Source: a virus
Lineage: Duplodnaviria; Heunggongvirae; Uroviricota; Caudoviricetes
Strand: one strand, 5' to 3'
Virus record (IMG/VR): IMGVR_UViG_2713896785_000005
Length of the DNA stretch: 5,326 nucleotides
Shown: in pieces, positions 1 through 3,558 of the stretch
Numbering within the stretch: the first letter of the stretch is position 1
Layout: each line of letters begins with the position of its first letter
The notes under the pieces: model-generated
Database searches by the model: none
What the model was told of the DNA's origin: nothing
Seen by the model: only the letters and a program-made list of their open reading frames with translations
Translations under genes and position numbers: made by a program

Positions 1-462
1 GACATTCTCGACCAGTTTCTGGATGAAAAGGAAGGTAACCACACCACGGCATACCGTGATGGCGCGGGTATCTGGACCATCTGTCGCGGTGCCATTCTGG
101 TGGATGGTAAACCTGTCGTCCCGGGCATGAAGTTGTCGAAGGAGAAATGCGACCAGGTTAACGCCATCGAACGTGATAAGGCGCTGGCATGGGTGGAGAA
201 AAACATCAAAGTGCCATTGACCGAACCCCAGAAAGCGGGGATCGCGTCATTCTGTCCGTACAACATTGGTCCCGGTAAGTGTTTCCCGTCNACGTTTTAC
301 AGACGAATTAATGCNGGTGATCGNANNGGNGCNTGNGAGGCGATTCGCTGGTGGATTAAGGACGGTGGCAGAGACTGCCGTATTCGTTCAAACAACTGCT
401 ACGGTCAGGTATCCCGTCGTGACCAGGAGAGCGCGCTGGCGTGCTGGGGTATCGACAGATAA
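1..462 (+). CDS. R: Phage endolysin (T4-lysozyme-like, GH24-type), 5'-truncated by the window edge
   Basis: Frame 1 is open from base 1 to TAA 460-462. Translation DILDQFLDEKEGNHTTAYRDGAGIWTICRG... shows the E-x8-D-x5-T catalytic triad spacing of lysozyme-type endolysins and ends ...CWGIDR. From memory it closely matches the endolysin of E. coli lambdoid/Stx-type prophages. Ambiguous bases at 291-336 give X residues. The N-terminus (about 30 aa, likely a signal-anchor) is outside the window. Confidence 0.9.
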   Translation, partial: DILDQFLDEKEGNHTTAYRDGAGIWTICRGAILVDGKPVVPGMKLSKEKCDQVNAIERDKALAWVEKNIKVPLTEPQKAGIASFCPYNIGPGKCFPXTFYRRINXGDXXXXXEAIRWWIKDGGRDCRIRSNNCYGQVSRRDQESALACWGIDR

Positions 463-551
463 GCAGAATATTTTGCTGAAAAATAAGGCATGGCCACGCG
501 GGCGGATAACATGAAATCCTGCGAACTGGCAAAATGTAAGTGAGTAAAAGT

Positions 552-591
552 AAAAACCCCGTTTGTTGGCAGCAAGCGGGGTTTTGTTTTT
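552..591. terminator. Rho-independent terminator, apparently bidirectional
   Basis: Stem 557-565 (CCCCGTTTG) pairs with 573-581 (CAAGCGGGG), one G-U pair, 7-nt loop 566-572. A5 run 552-556 upstream and TTTTGTTTTT 582-591 downstream, so a U-tract follows the hairpin on either strand. Lies about 90 nt after the endolysin stop. Confidence 0.7.
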
Positions 592-656
592 ATGGCAGTA
601 AGCTATGGGAGGCTGCCTTGATTGATTTTAGCAAACTGATTAGGGAGTTGCGACTC

Positions 657-752
657 ATGATTAGTCAATTACCAAACTGGAAATTTTTGCTGGTCTGGAG
701 CATCCCTTTTTTATGGGTAGTATCCCAGTTAATTGTGGCAATTAAGGGGTAG
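657..752 (+). CDS. Small hydrophobic peptide 1 (31 aa), hypothetical
   Basis: ATG 657 with GGGAG (643-647) 9 nt upstream; MISQLPNWKFLLVWSIPFLWVVSQLIVAIKG, stop TAG 750-752. Trp-rich, one predicted transmembrane segment. C-terminal half weakly resembles the C-terminus of peptide 3. The longer tabulated ORF 540-752 would run through the terminator hairpin, so the internal ATG is preferred. Confidence 0.3.
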   Translation: MISQLPNWKFLLVWSIPFLWVVSQLIVAIKG

Positions 753-754
753 CT

Positions 755-886
755 ATGTCAGACAAACTCATAACGCCGGCAAAGGTCCTGTGTGTGATTG
801 TCGGTATTTCATTTTCACTAATGCTGGTTGCTCTTTTTCTGTCCCTCGCCTGGGTGATGTTGTCTTCGTCGGGGCTGCTGGGGTGA
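755..886 (+). CDS. Small hydrophobic membrane peptide 2 (43 aa), hypothetical
   Basis: ATG 755 with AAGGGG (744-749) 5 nt upstream; MSDKLITPAKVLCVIVGISFSLMLVALFLSLAWVMLSSSGLLG; stop TGA 884-886 overlaps GTG 883 (GTGA). N-terminus MS(D/A)(K/E)LI and the IV-x-I motif are shared with peptide 4. Below the length cutoff of the supplied ORF track. Confidence 0.45.
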   Translation: MSDKLITPAKVLCVIVGISFSLMLVALFLSLAWVMLSSSGLLG

Positions 887-1005
887 CAGTGACTGATGAC
901 ATCAGCAGAGCGCTGGCTTTTGCTATTAAGTGGGTGGCTGTTGGTATTGCTGTGTCTCCGATGCTGTATGGGCTGGCAAAACTGGTCATTGCGCTGAAAT
1001 CGTGA
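883..1005 (+). CDS. Small hydrophobic membrane peptide 3 (about 40 aa), hypothetical; start uncertain
   Basis: Frame 1, ...DISRALAFAIKWVAVGIAVSPMLYGLAKLVIALKS, stop TGA 1003-1005. The frame is supported by codon-by-codon comparison with peptide 4: differences are mostly third-position (gcg/gca, gct/gcc, gtg/gtc, aga/cgg both Arg). Start could be GTG 883 (overlapping the peptide 2 stop) or GTG 889; peptides 2 and 3 could be one roughly 83-aa protein split by a sequencing frameshift. Confidence 0.45.
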   Translation: MTVTDDISRALAFAIKWVAVGIAVSPMLYGLAKLVIALKS

Positions 1006-1016
1006 ACTTTAAAAAG

Positions 1017-1103
1017 ATGAGTGCTGAACTTATTCGGGCAATGGCATTTGCCATTCGTATTGTGGCCATTGCTGTTCTGGTCTGGGCAATCCGTTGGTGG
1101 TGA
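1017..1103 (+). CDS. Small hydrophobic membrane peptide 4 (28 aa), hypothetical paralog of peptide 3
   Basis: ATG 1017; [28 protein letters not shown]; stop TGA 1101-1103 is one nt before the Rz ATG at 1105. Core [15 protein letters not shown] aligns with ALAFAIKWVAVGIAV of peptide 3 with synonymous codon changes. No obvious SD; A-rich leader (CTTTAAAAAG). Confidence 0.45.
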   Translation: MSAELIRAMAFAIRIVAIAVLVWAIRWW

Positions 1104-1104
1104 T

Positions 1105-1410
1105 ATGAACCGTGTTCTGTGTGTGGTGATTATTGTCCTGCTGGTAGCCTGTGGTGTGCTTAGTCTGGGGCTGAATCATTACCGTGATAACGCCATAACC
1201 TACAAAGCGCAGCGCGATAAAAAAGTCAGTGAGCTGGAGCTGGCAAATGCAACCATTACTGATATGCAGCNNNNNNNNNNNNNNNNNNNNNNNNNNNNNN
1301 NNNNNNNNNNNNNNNNNNNNNNNNNNNNNNNNNNNNNNNNNNAAGGGGCACAGGACTATATCCGCACTCAGTGTACTAAGCAGGCTTTTTATTATCCGGA
1401 GGATGTATGA
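1105..1410 (+). CDS. Rz: Rz i-spanin (inner-membrane spanin subunit); central part unresolved (72 N at 1271-1342)
   Basis: ATG 1105; [55 protein letters not shown] has an N-terminal TM helix and the [16 protein letters not shown]...LANA-ITDMQ block I recall from lambda Rz. After the N-run the C-terminus [21 protein letters not shown] resembles the lambda Rz C-terminus (...GTQKYINEQCR). Stop TGA 1408-1410. The visible length (101 codons) is short versus about 150 for lambda Rz, so the N-run probably under-represents the real sequence. Confidence 0.85.
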   Translation: MNRVLCVVIIVLLVACGVLSLGLNHYRDNAITYKAQRDKKVSELELANATITDMQXXXXXXXXXXXXXXXXXXXXXXXXXGAQDYIRTQCTKQAFYYPEDV

Positions 1411-1631
1411 AGAAATTACAGGTAACGGTAAAACCTTTTCAGGGAACAATTCCGTTCCGTGTTTTGCAACATGGCCGTGTTCTGCTTGAAGAGGTGTTCA
1501 GAGGTAAATGCACTGAATGTTATTCACGAACATATGAAGTGAATGCCACGCATGAAGAATTCACCGTTGAGTGTGTGATGAATACTGATAAATGCCGAAT
1601 GGTATCCGCTGAATTACAGCCAGTGTGTTGA
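1407..1631 (+). CDS. Hypothetical small Cys-containing protein (74 aa), possible zinc-ribbon-like
   Basis: ATG 1407 overlaps the Rz stop (ATGA); GGAGGA at 1398-1403. [74 protein letters not shown] has CxxC at residues 35-38 plus Cys 56, 62 and 74. No family recognised from memory. Confidence 0.5.
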   Translation: MKKLQVTVKPFQGTIPFRVLQHGRVLLEEVFRGKCTECYSRTYEVNATHEEFTVECVMNTDKCRMVSAELQPVC

Positions 1632-1652
1632 GCGACCTTATTATCCATGCGC

Positions 1653-1674
1653 GGTATTGTCGCCGTATTCCTGC
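1653..1674. repeat. Direct repeat copy 1 (GGTATTGTCGCCGTATTCCTGC)
   Basis: Exact 22-bp match to 1725-1746; the two copies flank a 50-N run (1675-1724), period 72 bp. Confidence 0.8.
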
Positions 1675-1724
1675 NNNNNNNNNNNNNNNNNNNNNNNNNN
1701 NNNNNNNNNNNNNNNNNNNNNNNN

Positions 1725-1746
1725 GGTATTGTCGCCGTATTCCTGC
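1725..1746. repeat. Direct repeat copy 2 (GGTATTGTCGCCGTATTCCTGC)
   Basis: Exact 22-bp match to 1653-1674, immediately after the N-run; consistent with a collapsed or unresolved tandem duplication. Confidence 0.8.
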
Positions 1747-1909
1747 ATTAACAGAGACCGCAGCCCGACAGGGAGACTCCTCTGCGAGAGTGTGCGGGGA
1801 TAATCAAAAACGATACACACCGGGGTTTACCGCGTAAACGGAGCGCGGCGTTCTCCCCTCATGGTCGCCCGTCCGGTGCGATGGTGGAAGAAACTGGAAT
1901 CTGTTCAAT

Positions 1910-1939
1910 AAAAAAACTGCCGTGTTGGAGTCACAGCAG
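1910..1939 (-). terminator. Rho-independent terminator for minus-strand transcription (3' of the reverse small gene)
   Basis: Hairpin 1917-1924 (CTGCCGTG) with 1932-1939 (CACAGCAG), 8 bp with one mismatch, 7-nt loop. On the minus strand it is followed by a U-run (plus-strand A7 at 1910-1916). About 135 nt downstream of the minus-strand stop at 2072-2074. Confidence 0.55.
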
Positions 1940-2071
1940 TAATGTACTGATTGGGTAGAAGATTATTATTGTTATGCTTTATTTTTATTCTATATGGCTG
2001 ATTATTTCAATTCGGAATTAATACAGCTAATGTCTGTGATTTTTTATAAATTCAGCAATATAAAGAAATAG

Positions 2072-2299
2072 TTATATGAACAGCCATCGCAGAGCATACT
2101 GTGTATCATTCTTTTTTATAGTCAACTGACGGGCATATTTTATGTCTGCTGCCAGCTCCCGGCGGCAAGATTCAATGACCCACGCAGAAAAATTTTCTGA
2201 ACCTTTCTGGTCAAGAGCGATGTTAATTTGTTCAATCATCTGGTTTGGAAATCGGATGTTGCGGGTTGTTGTTCTGCGGGGCCGGTTTTTCGATGACAT
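2072..2299 (-). CDS. Small ribbon-helix-helix-like DNA-binding protein (75 aa); probably DUF3950/YlcI-type prophage protein
   Basis: Minus-strand ATG (plus 2297-2299) with GAGGAAAG Shine-Dalgarno about 6 nt upstream on the minus strand. MSSKNRPRRTTTRNIRFPNQMIEQINIALDQKGSENFSAWVIESCRRELAADIKYARQLTIKKNDTQYALRWLFI has a basic N-terminus, a short beta-strand-like RNIRFP and two helices (RHH-like). The NFS motif matches what I recall of the DUF3950 family; not verified. Sits in an AT-rich stretch with its own terminator. Confidence 0.6.
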   Translation of the reverse strand: MSSKNRPRRTTTRNIRFPNQMIEQINIALDQKGSENFSAWVIESCRRELAADIKYARQLTIKKNDTQYALRWLFI

Positions 2300-2340
2300 T
2301 TTCTTTCCTCTGGTGACAAGCTATATGGCGAGGATTTTAC

Positions 2341-2706
2341 ATGGCTGTGCTTCGTACGTTACCGGGCAGAATCAAAACTCTGAATACCCGGCGGGTGAAT
2401 GTCCTGAAGGGTGAACAGCGTCGGGTCAGTGGCAGTGCCCGGGTTTCCCTCAAGCGTCGTATCTGGCTGAGGGATGCCGGGCAGTGCTGTCTCTGTGGTC
2501 GTGTGGTTGACCTCTGTGACAGTGAACTCGATCACCGAATTGCACTTCAGTTCGGTGGTGGTAATGAGGAGACGAATCTCTGGACGCTCTGTACCGAATG
2601 CCATCGACAAAAGTCTGCTCGTGAAGCGGCGGGTGGTATGCCGGACCCGACGCTGCCGGAGGTGTCCGGAGGTAGTGGCAGAGCGGACGACATCATCGGA
2701 CTGTAA
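2341..2706 (+). CDS. HNH endonuclease (phage terminase-associated HNH)
   Basis: ATG 2341 with AGGA 2331-2334. The translation contains CCLCG-x-VVDLCDSELDHRIALQFGGGNEETNLWTLCTECHRQKS: paired Cys (zinc-finger-like), the His in DH, an Asn (NL) and CH, i.e. an HNH motif. Position directly upstream of the cos-like region and terminase matches HK97-type packaging modules. Stop TAA 2704-2706. N-terminal extent uncertain. Confidence 0.85.
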   Translation: MAVLRTLPGRIKTLNTRRVNVLKGEQRRVSGSARVSLKRRIWLRDAGQCCLCGRVVDLCDSELDHRIALQFGGGNEETNLWTLCTECHRQKSAREAAGGMPDPTLPEVSGGSGRADDIIGL

Positions 2707-2796
2707 CCCGACCGGGGGGGTATCATTCGGCGTAAAAAACGATCGCTCCGGACACCGCCCCCCCTCTCACGCAGAGAAAAAATTCCCGTTTCAGGG

Positions 2797-2924
2797 CAGT
2801 TAACATGTTAACTGGCTGTCCGGGCATTTTTGCGGTTTTTATCTTTATTATTCAGTTTGTTGTGCGGAAAAAATGTTAACTGGCTTTTTCAGCAAATGTT
2901 AACCAGGCAGCAGTTAACATTTGC
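2797..2924. promoter_or_regulatory. Cluster of GTTAAC-core palindromes and repeats upstream of terminase; candidate terminase-binding (cosB-like) or operator region
   Basis: Perfect 18-bp palindrome CAGTTAACATGTTAACTG at 2797-2814; 13-bp direct repeat ATGTTAACTGGCT at 2805-2817 and 2873-2885; inverted repeat GCAAATGTTAAC (2892-2903) / GTTAACATTTGC (2913-2924) with a 9-nt spacer. Five GTTAAC cores within about 125 bp. Confidence 0.4.
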
Positions 2925-2994
2925 GGCATGAGACGCCGGGAAAAATGGGCTGAACCATACCCGGCTGAGTGCGTTCTGGACCCGGGAGGAGGCT

Positions 2995-3558
2995 GTGCTG
3001 ACAACGCAAAAACGAAAATTTGCGCTGGCGCTCATGTCCGGGAAAAACAAAACAGCGTCAGCCATTGCCGCTGGTTATTCGGCGAAGACCGCCAGGGTTA
3101 AAGGCTCGCAGCTGGCAAAAGATCCGGAGGTGCTTGCGTTTATAGCCCGTAAACAATGCGAGACGGTGGAGGTGGATGAGGTTCCTGTTTACCGGCAGAA
3201 AAAATCAGAGCAGGAGGATAAACCCCGTCGCCGTGAGGCGGCTGCAATACCACAGCCGGACGAAAACAATCCGGAGATGCCACCGTCCGCGGTGATGTCT
3301 CCTGGTATTGAATATATGGAGGATGGTCTTCCCGATCCGGTGAAAGCGATGGGGCGTCTTCTGGTGGAGAACATTAATACCGACCCCAGGCTGGCGCTGG
3401 ATGCGGCTTATAAGCTGGCGCAGTTCACGCACCATAAAAAAGGGGATGCCGGTAAAAAATCGGCAAAAGGTGACGCGGCGAAAAAAGCGGCTAACCGTTT
3501 TGCGGTGCCACCACCACCCCGCCTGGTGGTGAATAATGATAATGAGGGCAACGGATGA
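2995..3558 (+). CDS. Terminase small subunit (TerS), HTH-containing
   Basis: GTG 2995 preceded by GGGAGGAGG (2984-2992). N-terminus LTTQKRKFALALMSGKNKTASAIAAGYSAKTARVKGSQLAKDPEVLAFI fits the small-terminase N-terminal HTH pattern (AGYS-x-KTA). Stop TGA 3556-3558 overlaps the TerL ATG (ATGA). Lys/Ala-rich low-complexity C-terminal tail. Confidence 0.8.
   Translation: MLTTQKRKFALALMSGKNKTASAIAAGYSAKTARVKGSQLAKDPEVLAFIARKQCETVEVDEVPVYRQKKSEQEDKPRRREAAAIPQPDENNPEMPPSAVMSPGIEYMEDGLPDPVKAMGRLLVENINTDPRLALDAAYKLAQFTHHKKGDAGKKSAKGDAAKKAANRFAVPPPPRLVVNNDNEGNG

Noticed and set aside
266-514. 82-aa + strand ORF overlapping the endolysin in another frame
   Set aside because: Lies entirely within or just past the well-supported endolysin frame, contains ambiguous residues and has no recognisable motif; a shadow ORF.
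618-723. Possible sigma-70 promoter for the peptide cluster (TTGATT at 618-623 and 622-627; TAGTAT at 718-723)
   Set aside because: No hexamer pair with acceptable 16-18 bp spacing and a good -10; not callable from sequence alone.
540-752. 70-aa + strand ORF starting at GTG 540
   Set aside because: Its 5' part runs straight through the terminator hairpin and T-run (552-591); only the portion from the internal ATG 657 with its own SD is kept, as peptide 1.
768-989. 73-aa minus-strand ORF antisense to the peptide cluster
   Set aside because: Ser/Thr/Pro/Ala-rich low-complexity translation with no start context; typical antisense shadow of hydrophobic coding sequence.
896-997. Alternative frame-2 ORF MTSAERWLLLLSGWLLVLLCLRCCMGWQNWSLR
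   Set aside because: Synonymous-site pattern between the peptide 3 and peptide 4 regions supports frame 1 here, not frame 2.
733-1005. 90-aa + strand ORF from TTG 733
   Set aside because: The 5' part overlaps peptide 2, which has a better ATG and SD; only the 3' part (from about 883) is supported by paralog codon comparison, kept as peptide 3.
1021-1104. 5' extension of Rz from GTG 1021
   Set aside because: The conserved Rz N-terminus begins at ATG 1105; the extension is the alternative frame of peptide 4 and has no start signal.
1030-1449. 139-aa minus-strand ORF antisense to Rz
   Set aside because: Overlaps the confidently identified Rz and spans the N-run; no motif or start context.
1229-1489. 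86-aa +1-frame ORF considered as Rz1 (o-spanin)
   Set aside because: No signal peptide or lipobox before the gap (LLIC is not a lipobox and is too close to the start), no Pro-rich C-terminus, and it extends past the Rz stop; the real Rz1, if present, is probably within the N-run.
1625-1837. 70-aa + strand ORF across the direct repeats and N-run
   Set aside because: Open frame created largely by N and by the duplicated 22-mer; no start context.
1750-1900. GC-rich segment checked for tRNA or structured RNA gene
   Set aside because: No cloverleaf-compatible arms or conserved tRNA boxes recognisable by eye; cannot support an RNA gene call.
2142-2414. 90-aa + strand ORF antisense to the RHH gene
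   Set aside because: The minus-strand frame has a strong SD, an RHH-like pattern and its own terminator; the plus ORF has weak start context and overlaps the HNH start.
2359-2803. Minus ORF 2359-2610 and plus ORF 2474-2803 overlapping HNH
   Set aside because: Alternative-frame or antisense shadows of the HNH gene; the 2474 ORF also runs into the repeat-rich cos-like region.
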